Assembly: GCF_963921235.1 (NCBI RefSeq)
Contig: NC_086108.1
Coordinates: 52,640,001-52,704,000, forward strand
Direction: 5' to 3'
Length of the DNA stretch: 64,000 nucleotides
Origin: Mobula hypostoma
Taxonomy: Eukaryota
How positions within the stretch are numbered: the first letter of the stretch is position 1; the number at the start of each line of letters is the position of its first letter. The notes beneath the pieces are model-generated. The model was not told the origin of the DNA. It made no database searches and worked only from the letters and a program-made list of their open reading frames with translations. Shown piece after piece: positions 12,563 through 23,727 of the stretch. The translations under genes and the position numbers were made by a program.

Positions 12563-15058
12563 GTTTCATCTCCATCTGCAGGTAGGCCTCAGCTAAGTCC
12601 ACTTTGCTAAAGTGTTTCCTTCTAGAAAGGTCTGTAAAGCTATCCTCTATCTTAAGCAGAGGGTACTGATCTACTTTAAGTACTAGGTTGATAGTGATCT
12701 TACAATCACCACAAATACTGGCAAACCCATCCTTCTTGGATACTCGGGCCATGGGTGTTGCCCAGAGACTCCATCAACCTTGGAAGGAATTCCTTCAGCC
12801 TCATTGCGATCTAGCTCACTGGCTACTTTATGACAGACGGTATAAGGAACTGGATGAGCCGGTTGTGAAACTTGGGGGTGGCATTTTCATTTAACACTAT
12901 TTTACCCTTATGTGGTTGAGTTTTCCAATGTCATCCTTAAACACTGCCATGGCATCATCCAGTACCTTTCTTAATTTGCTTTCAGTTGACTCCAATGCAG
13001 GAGATGTGACATGCATATGATGGACAGATCTCCAATCAAGTTGTAGTTGTCTCAGACAAATATAACCCCACAATACTGGCCCTCCTGTTTTTACCATTTA
13101 CAAGCTCAATGTGGCTTGTCGGTTGTTGCATTTCACTATTACACATGCCATACCCACAGGAGTTATCTTTTCTCCAGCATAAGTTCTTAGTTGGATATCT
13201 GCAGGTTTCAGTTCAGTATCTTTGAAATGCCTATCAAACTCATTTGAGAAATGACTAAAACAGCCGAGCCAGTGCCCAATTCCATTTTAATTAATTTGCT
13301 GTTCATTTCTAGTTAAGGCCATAATGCTTGACAATTGTTAGATTTCACATTATAAATCTCAAGGCTACTCAGTCCTTTGTCATTCTCATCATTATCAAAT
13401 TTTTCATCACAGTATGCACATTAGTGCTCTTTTTGAAACTGTAACTTGACTTTTTATCTTTTTCTCTTCCCTGAGCAGTCCATTTAATCTTGTCTGCTCA
13501 ATATGCTCTTTAATATGTCCTACTTTGTTGTGTTTTCTGCAAATTTCACCTTTAAACTTGCATTGGTGTGGCGTATGTGAGCTCCTGCTACAACTATAAA
13601 CACAATTTATTTGACAGGCCAGTTCCTGTTTAGATGCTGCAATTTTATTCACACTCATTTTCATTCCAGACTGCAACACAATTCTGTCTGCTGTTTCCAT
13701 TGATACAGATATTTCAACTGCTCTTTTAAACGTGAGTTGTGCTTCAGCTAGGAGCTGTTTTTGAATGCTTTCTTATAAGATTCCACAACCAAATTGATCT
13801 CTCAGTGCATCAATCAATAAGCCTATCACTGAACTGACAATTTCAGGCAATCTCTTTAATTTAGACACAAACGCTGAAATGGACTCCCCTTCCTTTTAAT
13901 TCTGCTTATAAAACCTAAGGCATTCTGCAATCAACAATAACATCAGTTCTAAATGTTCCTGCATTACTTTCATGATATCAGCAAAGATCATTTATGCCTG
14001 GTTTGTTGGAGCGGTCAAACTTCTGAGCAAGCTGTACGGCCATTTCTGCTTTTTTAATTTATAATTATTATCACCCAGTACTCACTGCTTATGAATCCGT
14101 GAATCTGTCCATTATTTTTCTTTTTTTTAAAAAAAAAACACAAACGTCTCCTTTTCTGAAGACGTACACGCTGCGCTTTTTTTAAAAAAACTGGACAGGT
14201 AGGTAGTTGTCTTGGATTTGTTTAAAACTTCGTTGCCAGTGTTATGTTTTGTAACTCCAAAACATAAAATGAATTGAAAGGAAAGCAAGGGAGCCAGGAA
14301 CATGAGTCTAACTTCATTCTTACTTTAAGCGAGGCACACACTTACGACGTGGTGGTGTGATGACATATGCCATTTACGTTCCTTTACATATAACCCATAA
14401 TGAATTATTTCATCAGCAAAGAATGTTTAGATCAAACAATATATTTACAATATCACTCAAATGTTACTGAAATATTAAATACACACCAAAAACCTCTCTA
14501 TCTCTGGTGCCAGCTCTAGAATACATTGGGGGAACTATTTTTCCATTGAATTCTCTCTGACACAACAAAGAGATACTGGTAATAGAGGCAGTGGAACACA
14601 GAGTATCAGTTTATCTTCCTTTGGTGGAAGAAAGGAAGAACTAAGTGTGCAATATTTATATTTTTTCCCACACCCACTTTCCTCTCAGCATTCTTCGGCC
14701 AGATTGCCAATTTATTGTGTGACCCACGTCAACAAGGAACTTCACTGAGACTGAGAAATCAGCCAGTACAGGTCAAACAGTGTATCCTCCCATGCAACAA
14801 GGCAATGAGCACAAATGATTCAACCGTCCTTCCATTTCTCTACTGACAAAATAAGAAGTCTGAAACACACAGGTGTCTCATTATTGCTGGTTCCCTTGGA
14901 ACCTGGGCACTATCAGTCAGCCCAATTACATCAGCCAGTATCCCATTGGACATTTTATCCACAACATCCAAAACTGTACATGCATTCTTATTCAGTATTC
15001 CTCTTTAAATAAAACTGCATTTACATTTTACAATTAAATAAAGTAAGATTTACTTTAC

Positions 15059-15176
15059 CTGCAGTGCATTGTTCTGATCTTCCCCAGACATAAACTGGAC
15101 TTTCACGGTAATATTTCTAGCAGATCCTTGACGGTTTGCAAAATTAAGACTCTGCGGATACACGTACAGCAAATTC
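15059..15176 (-). CDS. DOCK7: DOCK7-like internal exon (118 nt), start of DHR-1/C2 domain
   Basis: [39 protein letters not shown], tag/gtaaag flanks; [24 protein letters not shown] fits DOCK7 better than DOCK6 or DOCK8 as recalled. Confidence 0.95.
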
Positions 15177-16954
15177 CTATGGAATTAAACAAAGTTAATG
15201 AGATGCAAGATCTTGTGTGAAAATTGAATATAGAGGGGTTTATGTATCAATAGCTAACTATGACGTTGGTAGGAACGGAGCAAGAAAGTGTACAGAAATT
15301 CCAATGCTATTTCAGATACAAGATCCAGTTGAATGTACAGGTAAAAGAAACCACAAGGGATAGTTTTATGCACTATAAGAGTCAGTTAAATCTAGCCCTG
15401 GGCTAAAATCACTGCTTTTCAGAAGAGAGCAACCTTGTTGTTTCAACATCCCACTCGGGTTTTAATGCAAGAAAACATTTAGAAAACTGGTTTCGCTCTT
15501 TTCAAGTCAACTCTTTCATGCTCAAAAACAAACAAAAAAAAACAAGTCAGGCAGCATCTATGGAGGGGAATAAACAGTCAACGTTTCGGGCCGAGACCCC
15601 TCATCAAGACTGGAAAGGAAGAAGACAGAAGTTAGAACAGAAGGTGGGGAAAGAGAAGGGGGTACAAACTAGCAGGTGATAGGTGAGAACAAGAAATGAC
15701 AGCCTTACTAGCATTGTCCGTATAATATCACTAATTTTTAAAAATCACTATCACACTTATGGAATAATTCTCATTTTTAGTCATTATAAAGTAAACAAAT
15801 GTATTTATACTGGGTGAAGCTACTTACAATAAGACAAATAATTTATGACATTTTCTTACCTGCTATCGTATATAACTACAGTATACCCAATTTACTAACC
15901 TCCCCTTCACCTGATCTCATCTACCAGCTTGTACATCTTCTCCTCTCCCCACCTTCTTCTGGCCTTTACCCCCTTCCAGTCTTGATGAGGCACTTGGCCT
16001 AAACCGTCCACTGTTAATGTATGCTATCTCACTTGCTGAGTTCTACCAGTATTTTGTGTGTGTTGTTCAAGATTCTCCTGTGTTTATGATGTGCAGGAAT
16101 TCAAAATGGTTGCTTTTGCATTGACATTTTAAACAGCCTTGTATTTTACACGTGAAAAGTAGTTAATCCTTAATCTGCTCAATAATTATTAGACCTGTGT
16201 TCCTGTGGCACACCACCTCCCATCAACTCACTCACCCACAGAGATGGCCACTACTCTTGTGCAGTTTTCCCCACAAAGAAAGCCAACGTATCACAAGCTT
16301 AACAAAAATAAAAAAGTATTATATTTTTGAAAGTATACTTTTGGTATTTTCATTTGTTCCAATCTACAGCAGTCTGTGAGACGTTTAAACGTCTGTGAAA
16401 ATTCACTGACACAGCTGATTGGTTACCTAGCTCAATGGCTCATTACTGGGAGTCAGAGGTCCCTTAGAACTGTACAAGATAGCATGCACCATTAGAAATA
16501 GGAATGTTGACACCATAGAGATCATTAAATCGTGGCACATTTCTCCGAGGTCTATACTACCGACAATAAAATCTGGCCATCAGCTCATCTCAGGCAATGC
16601 GAGAGCAACAATAGTGTAAATGGCCTCAGTGTCCCTTGCTCAGAAGGTGTGTGGATGTTTTGAGAATAGAATCTGAATTGCCAGAGATGAGAAGCCTTAG
16701 GGTGAAGACTCGTATTTGAAGAGATAGTAGGGCCTTGAATATCAATAAAACCGCTTTCAAATGGAATGCTGCATTTCGATGACAGGCAGTTGGTGAGGTC
16801 GCTCTTGTACCAAAGCCACAAGCATCAGGCACTGAAAATTTAAAAAGTATTTAAGACAGATAAATATGGAGCAAATCAATTCCTGTGAATATTTAAGAAA
16901 ACTGTAATTAAGGCTTTAAACTTAAAGTATCCTGAAATAAAGTCTAAAGTTGGG

Positions 16955-17593
16955 CAGGAGGAGAAGATGGCAGCGTGACGCAGCGTGCACAGCTCTCCGG
17001 TGAAATGATATCGTATCTGTTAAATAGGGGCCGTGGACAATTCTGATTTGATGGAGACAGACGTGAAAGCACAGAGGAGCATCTGGAGAAATTTCTGAAA
17101 TGCCGGTTCACTGCCGCTACTACTGTGCAATCGAGAATCTCCAGAGGGAAGGCCCCAAAATCCCCGGCTTTGCCTGCTGCTGGCGACCAAGGCTGAGATC
17201 GAAGCGTTCGGATAGAGATGGTGCTCGGTACTCGGTGTCAGAGGGCTGATCAGAGCTCGAAGTTTTCGGATGACTCAGAGTCGGACTGTGGACGGGCATG
17301 GTAGGGAGAGTTTTCTTCCTTCTCCCGTCTGCGTGAGATGTGGGACTTTTGAGAGACTTTGAACTTTTTTACTGTGCCATGGCCTGTTCTTCCTCAAGTT
17401 ATGGTATTGTTGCACTGTTGTAACTATATGTTATAATTATGTGGTTTTTGTTAGTTTTTCAGTCTTGGTCTATGTTGTGTTTCTGTGATATCATACCGGA
17501 GGAATATTGTATCATTTCTTAATGCATGCATTACTAAATGACAATAAAATAGGACTGCGTGTCCTCATAATCTAATCTAATCTCATCTCATCT
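16955..17593 (+). mobile_element. Non-autonomous retroelement (AAGATGGC 5' end, (TAATC)n tail), copy 1
   Basis: Collinear with copy 2 at ~55161-55835; ends ...cataatctaatctaatct. Confidence 0.75.
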
Positions 17594-19132
17594 AAATTTA
17601 GGCAAACATTCCTAAACAGCAATACAAACATATTGTGAAAAAAACTGCAGATGCTGGAAATCTGAAATAATTATTGCAGATGCTGGAAAGACTGAGCTAA
17701 TAAGGTAGTAACTGAGGAAAGAGAAACAGCTATTTCAGACGTGGGCCTCTTCAAAGAGTTCTGAATGGTATTGCAGTTGAGACATTAACTCTTTCTCTAT
17801 CTACAGATACTGCCTGATCTGCTGAGTTTACAGACACATGCATTTAAAATGGATGACTGCTAAAATTCCCTTAGACCCTCTGACACTCCTACTTTGCTGA
17901 ATCTTTCTTAATAGTTGTCAGCAGTCAACTGGATGAAATATATTTAAAGACCAGATATATAATCTTTTAATTCTAGCTTCAGATTCACCTATGAAACATT
18001 GATAAGTAACTGCAACAGCCCAAGATTGTTAATGAATAACGGGAATAGCAACATCACACAAAAAAAAACAGCTTCCTGCATGAAGTTAAATGAACTATAC
18101 AGTAGGAAAACAGGGTCAGTGCTAGTGTATCATTGAGAAAGGGTTAAAATATACTCACATTAACATAAATTACAAACAGTATACAATTAGCACCTCTCAC
18201 AGTACTTGTAACAGTCTCCATATCTGCAGTTCCATATAGTCTTCAAATACGGTATGGTATATTCAATATGGCGTATCACATTGGGTCATGTATCTGCCAG
18301 ACAACATAGGCTGTGCACAAGAAATTAGGCTTGAATGCAGGAAGAAGATCATCACCTTAGGCCACTCAAATAACCATGGGATTAACTTGAGGAGATTGTT
18401 AGAAAGAGCTACTAGGACTGCATGGGCATTTACTCACTGTAAAAAGCATTCTATAGTTTTATTTAGAGAATAAGTAGTGATGATCCCTCCTGGTCTCCAG
18501 CACAATCTGAAAAGAAGGAGGCAACTAGAGGGAAGCCAACTCGTTAGGGGAGGCAGAATGAAAAGCCTCTTTCCACCAGCATGTCAAGATAGCACTCTGA
18601 CATCTGTAAGTTGCTCTTAAAGTCACTAACAACGCTGGCCTGGTTCCACTGATTTTCTTATGAGAACATTTTGCAACTCTATTGCCATTCCTCCTTCATA
18701 ACGTTAGAGCTGTTCACAAAACAGCATTTCTTCTCCACAGCTCAATTCTACACTGGAGAGAACTCAGGAAGGTAGCTCCTCAGCTCCCAGCTCTATGGCA
18801 AAGAGGGATGACTAAGTGTCCTCACAGATCTCCACTACTCTGAATTAGGATCAAAGAAAACACTCCCAAAATCCAATGTGAAACACATCCAAATATTTAA
18901 CATTGCCATCATTCTTGTTGTTGATGATCTCAAAATCTGCCTCAGCTATATTATGAATATAAAGGGCTATCACCCACAATGACAAACGTTTCTATAATGA
19001 ATACACACGGCTTAATGATTCACCCTTATAGATTCCCTTAACTACAAGGGATTTATAAACAGTAAATATTTTTGCCTATATTCATTTATTCATTCTCTCT
19101 CTCTCATGAGATCAGTCTGACCAGACAGCATT

Positions 19133-19530
19133 ATAAGACCATTAGACATAAGAGCAGAATAGAGCCATTCGGCCCATCGAGTCAGCTCCGTCATTCCATC
19201 AAGGCTGCTTTATTACCCTCTCAACCCCATTCTTCTGTCCTCTCCACATAAGCTTTGACACCATGATTAATCAAGGAACCAGTAACCTCTGCCTTATATA
19301 TACCCAATGATTTGGCCCGCACAGCTGTCTGCAGCAATGAATTTCACAGATTCACCACTCTGGCTAAAGAAATGGTTCCTCATTGTTTGTTCTAAATGAA
19401 TGTACCTCTATTCTGAGGCTGTGCCTCTAGTCCTAGACTCACCAAGTATTGGAAACATATTCTCCACATCCACTTTATCAAGGCCTTTCAATATTCACTA
19501 CGCTTCAATGAGATCCCCCCCGCCAATTCA
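19133..19530 (-). mobile_element. CR1-type LINE 3' end
   Basis: Same 3' sequence family as 8936-9905 and 49640-50125. Confidence 0.7.
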
Positions 19531-20216
19531 TTTATTCAATGATATTCATCAACAGCTACTGGCAGTGAACATCTCTAATTCAAAAGATGCTGGTGGAGCT
19601 TCAAACAATTAAGTTTAAGCTCAGATGGTCTCCAAGAGCCCTGATGTTGAGTGGGAATGTGAGAGACCATGCAATTAGTGCTAACCGAACGTTTTAAAAA
19701 TTGGACAATGTCCATACATAGAATGGTGTGGAAATTATATGCAGTAACATCCCCTCCCTTGCCACCTATAAGCCCTCTAAGATATCACTGACTTTTCCTT
19801 TACAAGTAATTTCTTCAATAATTCCAAATCCCCTTATTCAACTTTGAGATACCTGAAATTGCTGAATTTGATATTAAATCCTAAAGATTGCATCATGCTC
19901 AGACAAAAGATGAAGTGCTGCCTTTCAAGCTTGCATTGGGCCTTGATGGAAAAGTGCTTTTGGAGGAAGGGGGAGTGTGGAGGGGAATTTGATGTTGGAA
20001 CTTGTTAAGATGGTAGAGATTACAAAGGTTATACAGACGTAGATATTAGACATAGACAATGTAACTTGGGTGTGACTCACATGGTAAAATAACGTTGTAG
20101 CACTCATCATCTAAAATCAGATATGAAAAATGGTAATGAATGCCAGTGAAGGCAAGAACAGTGGAATTCTATCTCTGTTCTGTCCAGAGTAAAGAAGGTT
20201 ACAGGCATAGGATATA

Positions 20217-21296
20217 CAGGTTGACCACCGATTTTCCGGAAGCTGATGGTTCAGCACCTCTTCTAATTTAGGTGAAATTATGAGGCCAAGTATCACTCAC
20301 TTTTCAGGAAACACCAGTTAGATGAGGTGAATGCTGGCAATTCTGTACAAACATTCATTAAAGAGTTCAACATGAAGGACGTTCTTTGTTTCATTGCTTG
20401 AAGGTGGGAGAAGGTAGAACCCTCAACACTAAAGAATGATCAGGATAAGTTGTGGCCTGGCTTGATGTCTGATAATGTGCCTGAAGAAAACCTTCACGAT
20501 GACTTTACAGGATTTCATGTACCAAAGGAGAAAGAAATTGTTCATGATTTGCTTGCGTATGCAAAAAGTGCTACAGAACTTGCTTTCAAAGATATAGCAA
20601 GTAGTCTTAACGAAGAAAATCTAGGTGAGTAGATGATAGTCCACGATGAAACACCTATTGTGTATCACCTTATGGACTCGGGAATTATAGACAGTGATTT
20701 GAATTCTGATAAAAACACTGCAAGTGTTAAAGATAGCAGCAGTGATGATGAAATGGATGAAACTGGAAGAGTTATTATTGACAAGTTAATTCAGTTGCTG
20801 GGTGATTTAATCAAAGGGTTAGAGAAACATACATTCATGATGGAACAAGACCTAATGAATTTATATTTGATGCAGGAAAAATTACACAGGGGAGATGAAA
20901 ACACAAGAAACAACTTCACCTGGATATAAACATAGAAACATAGAAAATAGGTGCAGGAGTAGGCCATTCGGCCCTTCGAGCCTGCACCACCGTTTATTAT
21001 GATCATGGCTGATCATCCAACTCAGAACCCCGCCCCAGCCTTCCCTCCATACCCCCTGATCCCTGTAGCTACAAGGGCCATATCTAACTCCCTCTTAAAT
21101 ACAAATGTTTAAAAAGATAACCGAGAAGCAATATTCTTTATAAGCACAGTAATTAATAAATTTACATTTATTTTTTGTTTAATTATTAATCCTTTTAAAG
21201 CTTCTACTGTCCATTTTCCCCTTTATTATTGCATGACCTCTTTTAATCCGGCAAGGCTCAGGAACCGAGGGTACCTGAAAACCGGTGGTCAACCTG
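20217..21296 (+). mobile_element. Internally deleted pogo/Tigger-like transposon with nested CR1 tail (~20927-21100)
   Basis: TIRs CAGGTTGACCACCG ... CGGTGGTCAACCTG flanked by TA; remnants of an acidic transposase C-terminus (20450-20929). Confidence 0.8.
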
Positions 21297-21537
21297 TAAA
21301 TACCATGCAGTCAAGAGCACTGTCCACTATGGAAGAAGGGAAACCACAGTTAAGGAAAAAGGAAGGGATATCAGAAGAGCAAAAGAACAATCTAATTGTG
21401 GAAACTTAAATCTCAAGACTCAGAATAAAACCTTTTGTAAAACTGAGTAACAACCATAATGCTTACACTCTATTTACACATCTGTATGTTGACTTTACTG
21501 GTGGTAACCCCACTATGGATTTAACCCCAGCTCAATA

Positions 21538-21596
21538 TGAACCTGTTTAATCATCAGCTAAAAGATTGAAATGGTCAATAAATGGAGGTATATAAA
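21538..21596 (+). promoter_or_regulatory. Putative ANGPTL3 proximal promoter: TATA box plus DR4-like/HNF1-like element
   Basis: TATATAAA at 21589-21596, about 40 nt upstream of ATG 21637; TGAACC-TGTT-TAATCA at 21538-21553 overlapping GTTTAATCATCAGC. Confidence 0.5.
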
Positions 21597-21636
21597 GGAC
21601 TTTGCTAGAAAGGGCACTCTCAAGTATTGCGAAAAA

Positions 21637-22119
21637 ATGAAAATGCTCTTTCTGGCATTCCTCATTTTACTTCTGACCCATTATTCTGTTCAAATACCAG
21701 TAAACAATTCTGGCTCAGAACCCGCTTCTAGATTTGCAATGCTGGATGACGTGAGGATTTTAGCCAACGGACTGCTTCAGCTGGGACATGGTCTAAGAGA
21801 TTTTGTCCAGAAAACTAAAGATCAAGTGAATGAAATATTTGAAAAAATTAGTATTTTCGACAGATCTTTCACTGAACTCTCAAAGGAAACCAACGGGATC
21901 AAACATAATGAACAGGAACTGAAAAAACATACTGCAATTCTACAAGCCAAAAATGATGAGCTAAAAACTATGTCACTTGACATCAAAGAAAAATTAAACA
22001 GCATTGTGGAAAATCAGACTTTTCTAGAAACAAAAGTAGAAGGTCTGGAAGACAAACTATACAAACTGAATGAAATCAAATCAGAAATATTGGAGATAAA
22101 GAAGATCCCATCTCTAAAA
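21637..22119 (+). CDS. ANGPTL3: Angiopoietin-like 3 exon 1 (signal peptide, SE1 motif, coiled coil), 161 codons
   Basis: MKMLFLAFLILLLTHYSVQ signal-like start, then EPASRFAMLDDVRILANGLLQLGHGLRDFVQKTKDQVNEIFEKISIFDRSF (ANGPTL3 SE1 region); ends AAA|GTAAGT; nested antisense in the DOCK7 intron. Confidence 0.95.
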
Positions 22120-23580
22120 GTAAGTGGATTTTTATACAAAAATTGTGAAATCTGCAATTTACTACCCAATTATCTCAGTTAAATGGTCTCCATCTTGAGC
22201 TAAGAAACGAGTCTCCATGTTCCCATTTAGTGAACCCCTGCTAGAAAGTTCATTTGTGGATATTAGATGTGAAAAGAGCAAGTTGGTTGCAAACCCACTC
22301 GGTCAAATAACTTTACCTAAATTCACATTTGAACAATAGTCACTTGTGTGAATTACAGGAAGTAAAAAAAATTGCAATAAATTGGAAAAAGATCAATGTA
22401 AGGTGTAAACCTTCCACTGTATGCATCCAGGTGTAAAGTATTTCCAAAAAGTTCCAGTACAATTTTGTACTTCCTTTCATCATTAGCAAGTATGCTGAAC
22501 ACTATTAAAATGTGTTATTTCATTCACATATAACATAAGAATAATAGCCTTCTAAAAATAGAACTATTAAAAATGAATGATTCTATAATATTTTGCCTCT
22601 TCCTTTTAAGGAAGTACCCCACTTCCATTTGACAAAGCGTAACTTTTCCTAACAGGTATGTGGACGTTTCAAAAATCACATGCACTGATCTGCATCAGAT
22701 CCTTACATGGTGCAGTTTACTGCATTCTTCAGAGCAGCGCACAAACATTGTTTGGGGAATAACAATGTTTGAATACTGATTAACATGTAACATTACCCTG
22801 CACTATACTTACTCTACTGTAATAAACAATGGTCTCAAAACAGAAGGTGATCTCTGTGCAGTAATAAGATGAGATAGTTTATAGGCTCTCTATACTGCTT
22901 TATGTTGTAGCACTGCAGAATATTATGCAAATGCAATACATACCATGCTACTTCTTGAAGGACCTTGTGTAATTATTTATGCAAAATTAAATCAACGAAC
23001 AGCTCATCATAGAAACTGTTTTGTGCTGGAAAAGGCACATTAAAAGCATTGAACTGCAATAGACAAAAAACATTTTAATTGCCATATTTAAAAAATGATG
23101 TTAAGGATAACACTGCATATTGTCTGGATCAGGTCAGGGTACTGGCAGTGTGGGCGTGGATGCAATGTGTCAGATGGTAATTGGATCCTGGAGGAGAATG
23201 CCCAGTGTTATTTGAGAAAACAAGGGGTTACAAATGAGAGAGGTTGTCATCCAAAGGAAACATAAGTAGATATAAATTCTAAAGTGGTCCTACCTTTAGG
23301 TTCTCTTTCACTTATGGGTTTAATTGTGCTGAATTTAGCACTTCCTTTCAATCAAGCACCGTTTAAGCAAAGGATCCTGAAGGATTTGAGAACCTTCAGA
23401 AAATTTTACTTACATGAACATATTAGCATTGCTGTATGTTAAAAACAAAGACCTAGAAATTATAATTTGAAACTGAATTTAGTTATTAATTAATGACGTT
23501 AAAATAGTCATTGGGAAGTTTAGTACAGAAATTTATTGTTATTTACTCTGAGTGTTATTTTATTAATTTTACTCCACTAG

Positions 23581-23694
23581 GTTCTTATTGAAGAACAAAC
23601 CAAAAATATCAAAAGCCTGATCAATACTTTACAGAAGCAACACAGTAACCTGGACAAGCAGAGCCATCAAACACAGAAACTGGAAGAAAAGTAA
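23581..23694 (+). CDS. ANGPTL3: ANGPTL3 exon 2 (coiled coil), reading into an in-frame TAA
   Basis: Acceptor ...actccactag, then VLIEEQTKNIKSLINTLQKQHSNLDKQSHQTQKLEEK followed by TAA at 23692-23694; resembles the recalled human exon 2 (TFVEKQDNSIKDLLQTVEDQYKQLNQQHSQIKEIENQ). Confidence 0.85.
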   Translation, partial: VLIEEQTKNIKSLINTLQKQHSNLDKQSHQTQKLEEK

Positions 23695-23721
23695 TTCTCA
23701 GGGGCATTTTTCTTTCACGGA

Positions 23722-23727
23722 AATAAA
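23722..23727 (+). terminator. Candidate polyadenylation signal just after the ANGPTL3 exon 2 stop
   Basis: AATAAA 27 nt after TAA, followed by a TG-containing stretch (ttgctgtgtc); AATAAA is common in this AT-rich DNA. Confidence 0.35.

Larger units (their letters stand above)
10791..14485 (-). mobile_element. Degenerate Gypsy-type LTR retrotransposon with both LTRs, interrupted by Penelope and CR1 pieces
   Basis: Related ~230-250 bp LTRs at 10791-11021 and 14240-14485; PBS-like TGGCAACGAAG next to the 5' LTR; zinc-knuckle-like CVYSCSRSSHTPHQC (13407..13700); RT motifs ICGDCK...QYPL...FSKVDLAEAYLQ (12486..12752). Confidence 0.85.

Noticed and set aside
21571..22182. 203-aa single-exon ORF as the ANGPTL3 product
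   Set aside because: The first ATG lies upstream of the TATA box, the signal peptide starts at 21637, and the tail after 22119 follows a consensus GTAAGT donor
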